From: a bacterium HR33
Lineage (GTDB): Bacteria; Gemmatimonadota; Gemmatimonadetes; Gemmatimonadales; GWC2-71-9
Direction: 5' to 3'
Assembly: GCA_945889655.1 (NCBI GenBank)
Contig: CAMDCH010000002.1
Coordinates: 1 to 44,846, forward strand
DNA: 44,846 nucleotides
Of this stretch, positions 25,039 to 33,794 are shown one piece after another; the stretch's first letter is position 1, and every line of letters starts with the position of its first letter. Made by a program: the position numbers and the translations under genes. Under the pieces are notes generated by a model. The model ran no database searches. It was not told the DNA's origin and was given only the letters and a program-made list of their open reading frames with translations.

Positions 25039-26942
25039 GATCTGACCTCCATCTGGGAGCGACTGAAAAATACCCGTAGCCATGCCTCCAAGCCAAGCAG
25101 GTCAACCAGGTCCCACCCATCGGTGGCCTCTTTGCCCGCCAGTCCGGCGGCCATCCGGTCGACCGCCGGCTGAAGGCGACCGCCGTCCACGTAGCCCATC
25201 CTCACCCCCAGGCTACCCGGCCCCAGGCGGGCGCGAATTGCCGCCAGGTCCTGGGCCACGCCGTGGTTCGTGGCCTCGGTGAAGTCGGCCTTCCAGCGGC
25301 GCGCGCGCACCCGTTCCGGCAGGATGCCGCGCATCGCTTCCCTGAGTATGGCGCGCGGGACGCCTTCGTGATTCTGGACCTCGCCCGGGATCGCCATCAG
25401 GAACGCGAGCAAGTCGCGGTCCAGGAATGGGAACGCCGCCTCGAGCCCGTGCGACGCCGCGATCTTGTTGTTCCACTCCATGCACTGCACATGGTACTTG
25501 GACCGGGCTTCGAGGTACAGCGAGCGCGCCTGCGCCGAATGAAACCCGCTTCCCAGCATCGCCGGCCGGTCCGCATCCTTCAGTCCGCCGGCGAGGAACC
25601 GGTCCGAATACCAGGAGCGGGGACGCGCATCGGCAAAGAGCCGCCGCCGCACCCACTTCAGCGGCCCGACCAGCGCGTCCGGCGCGTGGTGGCGGAGCAG
25701 TTCCATCGGCAGGCGGCCGCGGAGCGTAGCCACTTCTTCCCTGCCGAACCACCGCAGGTACTCGCGCGTGTGGCTCCATGCCTTGCGCCAGGCGAAACGA
25801 CTCACGAGATCAACCAGGTACGCCGGCGAGAAGAGCACCTGGTCACCCCAGTGTCCCGAGAGCATCACCCGCGCACCCGCGCGCCCGGCGCGCGCGTCCA
25901 GCTCGCAGGTAACGCCCCACTGGTAATCGAGAAACGGCGCCTCGATGGCACCCACCTGCGTCTCGACCCCGGCTAGCGCACCCGCGTGCACTTCCATTGG
26001 AAAGCGCCCGATGGAGACGCCGTATTCGCGCTCGATTTCCTCGAGATACTCGCGCTCATCGGCGTCCGAACCCGTGGCACCGAGGTACGCGAAACCAAGC
26101 ACGGAGCCCGTTCGTAGCTTCTGCGCCTGGCAAAAGATGGACGATGAATCGAGCCCGCCGCTGGTGGAGACGGCGACCGGGTATGCAGATCGCACGCGTC
26201 GTGCCACCGCCTGGGCAAAGAGCTCCGCGAACGCATCGCGGTACTCCTCGAAGCGGCTAAGTCGAATGGCCGCCGAGGGATCGAAGTCCCAGTAGCGCCG
26301 TGCAACAGCGGCGTCCGTTGTGACGGTGACAACATGCGCCGGGACAACTGCGGAAATCCCTGCAAAGCACGTGACATCCTGCCGGTCTACGGGTCGAGCC
26401 CCTACCAGGAGGAAATCGGCCAATCCCTCGTCATCGGGCGCGGCGCGAATCTCGGGATGCGCCAGGAGGGCCTTGATCTCGGTAGCGAACGCGACGAACC
26501 GTTTGCCGCGGTGGTAGTAGAGCGGCCGGATCCCGATGGCGTCGCGCGCAAGGATGAGGCGGGCCCGTGCCGAGTCGTAGAGCGCGAGGGCGAAATCCCC
26601 GCTGAGATGGTCGACGAACGAGTCGCCAAGGCGAGCGTAGGCCGCGAGCACCACTCTCGCGTCGGTGCTGGATGACGACAGACCCAGCTTCGAGATCAGC
26701 TCAGGACGATTGTCGAGCCGGCCATCCCAGGCCAGCAGGAGGCCCTGCTCGTTGAGCGGCTGCCGTTCGCCGACCTCCTCGGGCGTGATCCACATGCGAC
26801 GGTGCGCGAAGCCGACCGCGCCCGCGATGCACCGGTCGCCGCCATCGGGACCGCGGTGGGCGAGCGTGGCGTCCATGCGTTCGAGGACGGCCGGCGACAG
26901 CGGAGCGCCGTCGGTATTCCACACTCCCGATATCCCGCTCAT
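25035..26942 (-). CDS. asparagine-synthetase-like lasso-peptide cyclase (C protein)
   Basis: Track ORF 25035..27350 trimmed to the ATG at 26942 (MSGISGVWNTDGAPL...). It has an N-terminal Ntn-amidotransferase-like domain and an AsnB-type adenylation domain (AVSTSGGLDSSSIF PP-loop). Confidence 0.9.
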   Translation of the reverse strand: MSGISGVWNTDGAPLSPAVLERMDATLAHRGPDGGDRCIAGAVGFAHRRMWITPEEVGERQPLNEQGLLLAWDGRLDNRPELISKLGLSSSSTDARVVLAAYARLGDSFVDHLSGDFALALYDSARARLILARDAIGIRPLYYHRGKRFVAFATEIKALLAHPEIRAAPDDEGLADFLLVGARPVDRQDVTCFAGISAVVPAHVVTVTTDAAVARRYWDFDPSAAIRLSRFEEYRDAFAELFAQAVARRVRSAYPVAVSTSGGLDSSSIFCQAQKLRTGSVLGFAYLGATGSDADEREYLEEIEREYGVSIGRFPMEVHAGALAGVETQVGAIEAPFLDYQWGVTCELDARAGRAGARVMLSGHWGDQVLFSPAYLVDLVSRFAWRKAWSHTREYLRWFGREEVATLRGRLPMELLRHHAPDALVGPLKWVRRRLFADARPRSWYSDRFLAGGLKDADRPAMLGSGFHSAQARSLYLEARSKYHVQCMEWNNKIAASHGLEAAFPFLDRDLLAFLMAIPGEVQNHEGVPRAILREAMRGILPERVRARRWKADFTEATNHGVAQDLAAIRARLGPGSLGVRMGYVDGGRLQPAVDRMAAGLAGKEATDGWDLVDLLGLEAWLRVFFSRSQMEVRS

Positions 26943-26957
26943 AGATTTGAGTATACC

Positions 26958-27254
26958 ATGCCCGTTCCCGTGATTGCCCCGCACACCACCGTCGTTTCCG
27001 CCGGCGAGCTGCTGTCCAGCGAGTTCGGCGAAGAGTTCATCATCCTGAACCTGAAGGACGGGATTTACTATGGGCTGGATCACGTCGGTGCCCGGGTGTG
27101 GACGCTCATCAAGCAACCGATGACCGTGGGCGCGGTGCGGGATGCGCTGGTGGCGGAGTATGAGGTGGACGTTGCCCAGTGCGAACGCGATCTCGTTGCG
27201 CTGCTCGAGGACCTGGTGACCAAGGGGCTGGTCGAGCTCCGGGCGGACGCCTGA
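26958..27254 (+). CDS. PqqD-family RiPP recognition element (lasso B1 protein)
   Basis: Track ORF trimmed to the ATG at 26958. ...GEEFIILNLKDGIYYGLDHVGARVWTLIKQPMTVGAVRDALVAEYEVDVAQCERDLVALLEDLVTKGLV is a typical PqqD fold signature. Confidence 0.85.
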   Translation: MPVPVIAPHTTVVSAGELLSSEFGEEFIILNLKDGIYYGLDHVGARVWTLIKQPMTVGAVRDALVAEYEVDVAQCERDLVALLEDLVTKGLVELRADA

Positions 27255-27685
27255 GCAAGCTCGCGAAGTTCTTTGGGCTGCCCGCGACCGACAAGTGGCT
27301 GCTCGTTCGCACGGCGTTCGTGATGACGCTGGTGCGGGTGGGACTGGCACTGATGCCCTTCTCGGCGCTGAAACGGCTGGTGGAGAGGGATAGAACCGGA
27401 ACCTCGGAGGGTCTGGCCGACCTTCCCGAGCGGGTTTCCTGGGCGATCGCCGTGCTCTCGTCGCGGGTCCCGGGAAAGAACACCTGCCTTGTCCAGGCCC
27501 TGACCGCCGACTCGCTGCTCCGTCGCGGTGGCTACCGGCCCACGCTGCGCATTGGCGTGGCGGGACGGAATCCGGGTGGGACCATCAAGGCCCACGCGTG
27601 GCTGGAGTGCGAAGGCCGAGTGATCACCGGCGGACTCGAGGACCTATCCAGCTACTCGGTGCTGACGTCGCCCGGACGGGGATGA
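27251..27685 (+). CDS. transglutaminase-like cysteine protease (lasso B2 leader peptidase)
   Basis: NTCLVQALTADSLLRRGGYRPTLRIGV...IKAHAWLECEGRVITG contains the Cys and His of the B2 catalytic site. The family-like N-terminus LSKLAKFFGLPATDKW begins at the CTG at 27251, which overlaps the B1 TGA. The alternative start is the track GTG at 27179 (76-nt overlap with B1). Confidence 0.72.
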   Translation: MSKLAKFFGLPATDKWLLVRTAFVMTLVRVGLALMPFSALKRLVERDRTGTSEGLADLPERVSWAIAVLSSRVPGKNTCLVQALTADSLLRRGGYRPTLRIGVAGRNPGGTIKAHAWLECEGRVITGGLEDLSSYSVLTSPGRG

Positions 27686-28782
27686 CCGAGGCGGTCGCCC
27701 GGATTCTCCGCGGCGAGGCCCCCGCATGGAGCGAGGTCGGCGCGACACCCGCCGCCTTTCTCGAATACTGCGAGCGGGAAGACCTGATTCCCCTCGTTCA
27801 TCACAACCTGCACAGTGGTTGGCCCGTGGAGGTCTCGGCGGCGCTGGAGCGCGCGGCCCGCGATGCCGCAGCCCGCGAGATGGTCCGGCGACAGGAAATC
27901 ACCCGCGTTCTCACCCTGCTCGACGAGGCCGGCATCCGGCCGATCGTCTTCAAAGGAACCGCCCTCGCCTATCTCGTCTATCCGGCGCCCGGACTTCGCC
28001 CGCGCAACGACACCGATCTTTTGATCCGCCGCGCTGACGTGGACCCAGCGCGCGCCGTTTTCGCGGCAACCGGATACGTAGAGCCCGCATACAGTGGTGA
28101 CGAGCTGCTCTTCCGGCAGTTTGAGGCGCAGCGGGAAGATTCTCTCGGTGTCCACCATGCGTTCGATGTCCATTGGGAGATCAGCACCCAGTCCGCCTTT
28201 GCGAACCTGCTCTCCTACGATGATCTCGCGAATTACAGCGTGCCGGCGCCGATGCTGGGGGCCGCCGCGCGAGCGGCGGGGCCCGTGGAGGCGCTGCTCA
28301 TCGCGTGCGTCCATCCAGCCATGCACCATCGCAATGAAGAACGGCTGATCTGGCTGTTTGACGTGCACCTGCTGGCGGGACGGCTCGCACCGGAGGAATG
28401 GAAACGGTTCAGCGCGACTGCCCTGTCACGAAAAACAGGAGTCGTATGCGCATACGCGCTGCGACATGCGCATGACCTGCTTGGAACCGCGATACCCCCT
28501 CACATCATCAACAATCTGGAGTCCGCAGCGGGCGATGAGCCAACCGCCGCCTACCTCGACCGGTCGCGCTCGTGGCGGCATGAGGTCGGTGCGAACATCC
28601 GCGGGCTTTCATCGTGGAGTGACCGGCTCGGCTTGCTGCGGGAGATCGCGTTTCCGCGGCCGAGCTACATACTAGAGAAGTACGAATGGAAGGACACGCT
28701 GCCGGCTCGGCTCGGACTACCGTGGCTCTACTTCAGGCGCGCGATGGAAGGGACCTGGAAGGTGGTGTCCGGGAAAAAATGA
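27682..28782 (+). CDS. nucleotidyltransferase-family protein of the type found in lasso/RiPP clusters
   Basis: Track ORF trimmed to the ATG at 27682, which overlaps the B2 stop (ATGA). IVFKGTALAYLVYPAPGLRPRNDTDLLI carries the G-x...D-x-D nucleotidyltransferase signature. Confidence 0.78.
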   Translation: MTEAVARILRGEAPAWSEVGATPAAFLEYCEREDLIPLVHHNLHSGWPVEVSAALERAARDAAAREMVRRQEITRVLTLLDEAGIRPIVFKGTALAYLVYPAPGLRPRNDTDLLIRRADVDPARAVFAATGYVEPAYSGDELLFRQFEAQREDSLGVHHAFDVHWEISTQSAFANLLSYDDLANYSVPAPMLGAAARAAGPVEALLIACVHPAMHHRNEERLIWLFDVHLLAGRLAPEEWKRFSATALSRKTGVVCAYALRHAHDLLGTAIPPHIINNLESAAGDEPTAAYLDRSRSWRHEVGANIRGLSSWSDRLGLLREIAFPRPSYILEKYEWKDTLPARLGLPWLYFRRAMEGTWKVVSGKK

Positions 28783-28786
28783 CGCC

Positions 28787-29971
28787 TCAGATACCGCGGC
28801 TCAGTTGAACGAGCGACCCACCTGAACCGACGCGGTAACGATAGACGAAGTCGAGAGGATCGCCCGACTCGACCTCAAGCGGACATCCAGCAGTCCACAC
28901 GGCCACGTTCCAGCTGCAGCCGTCGTGAGCGCGGCGCGGATCGTTCGTCAGCGTGATGCCGCGAGCGAGATCGAGCTCGAAATACTCCACGACGGCATCA
29001 ATGCGCCCGGCCGCACTGGCCTGGATCGAAGCGGTAGCGTCCACCGCGGCGCCCGTGAACGACGCCAGGTCTACCTTGCTGAGCAGCGCGGGGTCTGACA
29101 GCGGCTCCCACCCTTGAGCGACTCGCGGCCTCACAAAGAACGGGGCAATCTCGTGTCGTTGCCGTGCCAAGGCGTGAAAATCCATGTCGTACCATTCCCG
29201 CCACCGCGCCGCGGCAGCTTCACTCGCGATGCGTCCTCCCAAGGGGTCGCCCCCAATCGAAACGGGCAAGGCGTAGGTCCTGAGACCGGAGGGAATCATC
29301 CGGGCGCCCGGGACCAGGAGCCGCTTGCGCGCGTCCAGCAGGACTTCCAGCAGGCTCTCGGCCAGCGGCTCGTGGCCGACGATCTCCGCCACCAGCACGT
29401 CCGCACGCTTCTCGATGGTTACCTGCGTCGACCAGTTCTGCAGGACCGAGATGCGCTGAGTGAACCCATTCGCGCGAACCATCTCGCGGGCGGTCTCGGC
29501 GACGCTGTCAGCTTCGATCGCGTAGACCTGCCCGGCACCCGCTTTCGCTGCCGCGATGGCCAGGACGCCGGTCCCGGTTCCTATGTCGAGCACCACGTCC
29601 CCCGGTTTCACCGTGGCCTGAACTGCCGCGATGAACCCTTCGGTCCGCACCCGGTCATTGAGCATGACCACGTGATGATCCAGCGAAATGGTCGAGGTCC
29701 TGACCGGCTCCCCGTCTCCGATCAGGGCCCCGACGCTGATGAGCTGATCCATCGTAGAGACGCAATCCATCCAGTCCTGCGCCCCGGTGAGCCGAGGCTT
29801 GAGCAGCTCGACTGCCTCCTCGATGGTGAGCAAGCGGCCGAAAACGTCGAGAATCCCCAGGGCATGCGGGCCGGCGTGCAGGTCTGTGCCGTTGACCGAG
29901 ACACGTACGCCTGAGACCTCAGTGCGGATGATGAGGCCCGGAGCGCGAGAATAGCGAACACTGTCCATCAC
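28787..29971 (-). CDS. PRMT-like class I SAM-dependent methyltransferase with N-terminal PqqD/RRE-like domain
   Basis: The N-terminal ~85 aa (GVRVSVNGTDLHAGPHALGILDVFGRLLTIEEAVELLKPRL...MDQLISVGALI) look like a winged-helix RRE. The core VVLDIGTGTGVLAIAAAKAGAGQVYAIEADS...ADVLVAEIVGHEPLAESLLEVLLDARKRLLVPGARMIPS matches PRMT motif I, post-I and the double-E loop. Start is the GTG at 29971 or the ATG at 29968, both overlapping the M1 peptidase stop. Confidence 0.78.
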   Translation of the reverse strand: MMDSVRYSRAPGLIIRTEVSGVRVSVNGTDLHAGPHALGILDVFGRLLTIEEAVELLKPRLTGAQDWMDCVSTMDQLISVGALIGDGEPVRTSTISLDHHVVMLNDRVRTEGFIAAVQATVKPGDVVLDIGTGTGVLAIAAAKAGAGQVYAIEADSVAETAREMVRANGFTQRISVLQNWSTQVTIEKRADVLVAEIVGHEPLAESLLEVLLDARKRLLVPGARMIPSGLRTYALPVSIGGDPLGGRIASEAAAARWREWYDMDFHALARQRHEIAPFFVRPRVAQGWEPLSDPALLSKVDLASFTGAAVDATASIQASAAGRIDAVVEYFELDLARGITLTNDPRRAHDGCSWNVAVWTAGCPLEVESGDPLDFVYRYRVGSGGSLVQLSRGI

Positions 29972-31863
29972 TCTCGGGCGTTGTTGCTGCGGTCAATGTC
30001 CGGCAGCCCCGCGTGCGGATCGATCTCGGCCCGGCGAACGCGTTTGCCCGCGACACGGTAGGTGAATTGCGAGCCCAGGTTCCACATCTCCACGGGCAGC
30101 TCCACCGGGACCACCGTGCCGTCCTGGTACGTAATCGCCAGCTCGGCCGGCATGATCATGGTCCCACGACTCGACAGGTGTATCGCCGAGCCGCTGTCCG
30201 AGACAACGACCGAATCCACCGCCTGGTCGAGCCGGGCGGTGGTGTAGATCCACCCCCGCCAGAACCAGTCCAGCTCCATCCCCGAGACGTCGCGCATCAC
30301 GCGGAAGAAGTCGGCGGGCGTGGGATGCTTGAAGGCCCACGCGCGCGCGTACTCGCGGAAGGCTGCATCAAAGCGTTCCTTGCCAAGCACCTCGTTCCGC
30401 AGCAACCGCATCATGAGCGCCGGCTTCTGGTAGCCCGCCCAGAGCAGGTCACGGACCTGCGTCGGTACCGCGATCAGCGGCTGTTCGTCGCCGGGCTTCC
30501 CATGCTCGGGATAGAGGTTGAGGGGGTGCTCCTGGATGGTGTCACCGTAGGCGGTGCCGTCGAAGTAGTTCGCCGTGTTCTCCAGGTCGATGAACGTGTT
30601 GAACCCTTCGTCCATCCACGGGTAGAGCCGCTCGTTGGAGCCCACGACCATCGGGAACCACTGGTGCCCGAACTCATGCGCGATCACCCATTGCAGGTCT
30701 TCACGGGTGGGACTGTCGGGACAGAAGGTCAGCATCGGGTACTCCATCCCAGCGATGGGACCCTCGACAGTGGTCGCGTGCGAGTAGGGATAGGGATACC
30801 ACTGCTCGCTGAAGTGCTTGATCGCCTCGCGTCCCATGCGGTTGGCTTCTTCCCACTTGGTCGCGGAGGGCCGGTAGAGCGTCTCGACCAGCGCCCACTT
30901 GTAGCCACTCGCGTCCCAGCGCAGTCCGGGACTCGTGGCCCAGGCAAAGTCGCGCACGCTGTCGGCCGCGAAGTGCCAGGTGAGCATTCCGCTCGCAGCC
31001 GGCCGAGTCTTCGCGACATCGCCCGCCTCTTCCTTCGTAATGATCCCGATGGCGGTGTCCGATGTGCGTGCCCGCGCGAGCCGCGTGCGCTGTGTTGCGG
31101 TCAGGACCTGGAGCGGGTTGAGCAGCTTGCCAGTGGCCGCGACCAGGAACGATGCGGGCACCGTGAGCGAAACGTCGAAGCTGCCGTACTCCAGGTAGAA
31201 CTCGCCTGCGCCGATGTACGGCTCATGATTCCAGCCGCGCACGTCGTCATAGACCACAAGACGCGGATACCACTGGGCGACCTGGTAAAGTTGTCCGTCC
31301 CGCCCCATCCGCCCCGCCCCCGCCACCGGCACGTGGAACCGCCAGCCGATGGCCACGGTCGCGACGGCACCGGAGGCGAGGGGCGCCGGGAGATCGATCC
31401 GCATGGTGGTCCCCGTGACCAGCGGCGTCACCCGCTTACCCGCAACGACCACCGAGTCGAGCGTCACCCCGCCCTGGAATCCCTGGCAGGAGAAGTCGAA
31501 CGCGGTGCCCAGGAAGACCAACGGCGGCTGGTTCAGCTGGTTGGTGACGCTGTTCGGCGCGCAGATGTTCTGCTCGAGGAAGAGCCACAGGTAGCTGAGC
31601 GTCTCGGGCGACCGGTTGGTGTAGCGGATCGTCTGCCGGCCGGTGATCTCGTTGGTCGCAGTGTCCAGCGTCGCGGCGATCGTGTAGTCCACGCGCTGCT
31701 GCCAGTAGCCTCGCCCCGGGCGTCCGGAACCAGTCCGGACCTGGTTCGGTGCCGGAAGGTCGAGTGGGCGAAAGAGCGAGGTGTCCGCCGCGCTTTGCTG
31801 CGCGCGACTGGCCACGGGGGCGGCGAGAAGAACCAGGGCGAGACCGATGATCCGCGACACCAT
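29968..31863 (-). CDS. secreted M1-family zinc metallopeptidase (aminopeptidase N-like)
   Basis: Signal peptide MVSRIIGLALVLLAAPVASRAQQ. HEFGH followed 18 residues later by E (HEFGHQWFPMVVGSNERLYPWMDEG), the M1 HEXXH-X18-E motif. Confidence 0.9.
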   Translation of the reverse strand: MVSRIIGLALVLLAAPVASRAQQSAADTSLFRPLDLPAPNQVRTGSGRPGRGYWQQRVDYTIAATLDTATNEITGRQTIRYTNRSPETLSYLWLFLEQNICAPNSVTNQLNQPPLVFLGTAFDFSCQGFQGGVTLDSVVVAGKRVTPLVTGTTMRIDLPAPLASGAVATVAIGWRFHVPVAGAGRMGRDGQLYQVAQWYPRLVVYDDVRGWNHEPYIGAGEFYLEYGSFDVSLTVPASFLVAATGKLLNPLQVLTATQRTRLARARTSDTAIGIITKEEAGDVAKTRPAASGMLTWHFAADSVRDFAWATSPGLRWDASGYKWALVETLYRPSATKWEEANRMGREAIKHFSEQWYPYPYSHATTVEGPIAGMEYPMLTFCPDSPTREDLQWVIAHEFGHQWFPMVVGSNERLYPWMDEGFNTFIDLENTANYFDGTAYGDTIQEHPLNLYPEHGKPGDEQPLIAVPTQVRDLLWAGYQKPALMMRLLRNEVLGKERFDAAFREYARAWAFKHPTPADFFRVMRDVSGMELDWFWRGWIYTTARLDQAVDSVVVSDSGSAIHLSSRGTMIMPAELAITYQDGTVVPVELPVEMWNLGSQFTYRVAGKRVRRAEIDPHAGLPDIDRSNNARE

Positions 31864-31898
31864 CCAGGGCTCCTGTTCGGATGCCGGGGAAGATGCTC

Positions 31899-31934
31899 AA
31901 AAGAAAGGGCCGATGCACGTGCACCGGCCCTTTC
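31899..31934 (-). terminator. intrinsic terminator downstream of the HtrA-like gene
   Basis: Minus strand: GAAAGGGCCG-12 nt loop-CGGCCCUUUC followed by UUUUG. The plus strand also carries TTTCTGCTT after the stem. Confidence 0.6.
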
Positions 31935-31958
31935 TGCTTCCCGATCTGATCAGTGGCC

Positions 31959-33530
31959 CTACTTGACTCTCATCCTCACGACGCGTGACCCACCGCGCTC
32001 GCCCGGCCCCTGGGCGTTGTAGACCCGCAGCTCGACGATGTCGCCGGCCTTGACGGTGGAGACTGCCTGGGTGAATTCCGTCACCGTCCTCACGCGGGTG
32101 CCGTCCACGTGGGTGATGATGTCGCCCGGCCCGTCCTGGGCCGCTGGCTGCAGTTTCTCTGCCGCGGGACCGTCCTGATCCACCGCGGTGACGCCGAGCC
32201 CCGTGTTCTCGGGCGTGTCACCTGACACGGGTGCGACGCTGATCCCCAGCTTCTGGTTGAGCGGCGCCGCGGCAGGAGCCCGGCCGGCACGGCCGGTCGA
32301 GCTCGTTGCTACGGGTTCTTCGCTAGGCGCGGCGATCAGGGCCACCTTCAGGTTCACCTTCACACCGCCCTTGCGCTGAACGGTGAGCGTGACGATTTCG
32401 CCCGGCTTCCGGAACGCCACCGCCTGCTGGAACTGCGCGATGTATTCAATCATTTTCCCATCGATCGCGACGACGACGTCGCCCGGCCGCACGCCCGCGG
32501 CCTCCGCGGGACTGTTCTCGACTGAGAAGTCCTGCACGACCGCACCGCTCACCGCGTCGAGCTTCGCGTACTCGGCGTCTTCCGGCTGGACCGTCCCGAG
32601 TCGCAGGCCGATGATCGCGCGATTCACCTTTCCATTCTTGATCAGCTCATCCATCACATGCTGGGCCAGGTTGCTCGGGATCGCGAAGCCGTAGCCTTCG
32701 TAGGTGCCGGTCTGCGTGGCGATCGCGGAGTTGATGCCGATCACCTTGCCGTCGGCGTTCACCAGCGGGCCACCGGAGTTGCCCGGGTTGATCGCGGCAT
32801 CGGTCTGGATGAAGTCCTGGATGCCGTAGTTGGTTTCTCCATTGCGCAGGCCGTTCAGGGGGCGCCCCTTGGCGCTCACGATGCCGGCCGTTACGGTGAA
32901 CGTCAGATCCTGCCCCATCGGGTTGCCGATGGCGAGAACCCATTCACCCACCCGGGTCGAATCCGAGTTTCCGAAGCTCACGACCGGCAGGTTCCGGGCG
33001 TCGATCTTGATGACGGCGACATCGGTCGCGGGGTCGCGGCCAACCACGGTCGCGGGATACGTGCGGCCGTTGAAAAGCGTGACGCGCAGCCTGTCAGCGT
33101 CACGCACGACGTGGCTGTTGGTCATGATGTAGCCATCCGGGCTGACGACGAAGCCGGTGCCCGAGCTGGTGCTGCGCTGCATGCCGTCAGGGTCGGTGTC
33201 AGGCATGCCGGGCATGGGGGTATTCGGGTTCTGTCGCTGCCACTGCCGGAAGAAGTCCTGGAATGCATCGGAGCGGCTGTTGGGCACCGGGGCCGCGCGC
33301 CGGGTGTCGGCCCGGATGAAGACCACGGCCGGCCGCACGGTCTCGGCCACGTTGGCAAAGGCATCACTCCACGCTGCCATCGTGTTGGCGGTAGCCGCCG
33401 GTGCCGCCACGGCGGCGGGGGCGGACGCAGCCGGTGCCGACGGGTGCTCGACCGCCCAGGCCACGAGGGCCGGGCCGAGCAGGATACCGAGTCCGGCGCC
33501 GAGCTGAGCGTATCTCTTCCACAGCTTCAT
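31959..33530 (-). CDS. htrA: HtrA/DegP-family periplasmic serine protease with two PDZ domains
   Basis: Track ORF trimmed to the ATG at 33530 (AGGAG upstream). Catalytic motifs IMTNSHVV, D in the loop and GNSGGPLVN. Two PDZ-like segments with GVRPGDVVVAIDG and GPGDIITHVDG. Confidence 0.93.
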   Translation of the reverse strand: MKLWKRYAQLGAGLGILLGPALVAWAVEHPSAPAASAPAAVAAPAATANTMAAWSDAFANVAETVRPAVVFIRADTRRAAPVPNSRSDAFQDFFRQWQRQNPNTPMPGMPDTDPDGMQRSTSSGTGFVVSPDGYIMTNSHVVRDADRLRVTLFNGRTYPATVVGRDPATDVAVIKIDARNLPVVSFGNSDSTRVGEWVLAIGNPMGQDLTFTVTAGIVSAKGRPLNGLRNGETNYGIQDFIQTDAAINPGNSGGPLVNADGKVIGINSAIATQTGTYEGYGFAIPSNLAQHVMDELIKNGKVNRAIIGLRLGTVQPEDAEYAKLDAVSGAVVQDFSVENSPAEAAGVRPGDVVVAIDGKMIEYIAQFQQAVAFRKPGEIVTLTVQRKGGVKVNLKVALIAAPSEEPVATSSTGRAGRAPAAAPLNQKLGISVAPVSGDTPENTGLGVTAVDQDGPAAEKLQPAAQDGPGDIITHVDGTRVRTVTEFTQAVSTVKAGDIVELRVYNAQGPGERGGSRVVRMRVK

Positions 33531-33794
33531 CGTTCGTTCTCCTGATTGCTGTTGGGGGCTGGCGGAGTAGCCGAACCCCGGTTGCGTCCCCTGCAATGTG
33601 ACATGATGCACGGCGGCATGGTGAGGTCGCAGTCGGAACAATGGAACATTGTGGCGTTACCGCAACGTGGCATGCTGCCCACGGTCGCGCATCTGTATTT
33701 CCCGAATCCCTGATTCCTCAATGCTTTAGCTCTCTCTAGAACAGTGCACGTGTCTTGCTTGTTCCCTCTGCGCGCCCGTACAACAGGAGAGACG

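Noticed and set aside
33635-33658. GGAAC...CGTT, an ECF-sigma-like promoter motif in the htrA/lipoprotein divergent region.
   Set aside because: The spacer is 15 nt, shorter than the usual 16-17. The orientation points away from htrA. A single match in GC-rich DNA is not convincing.
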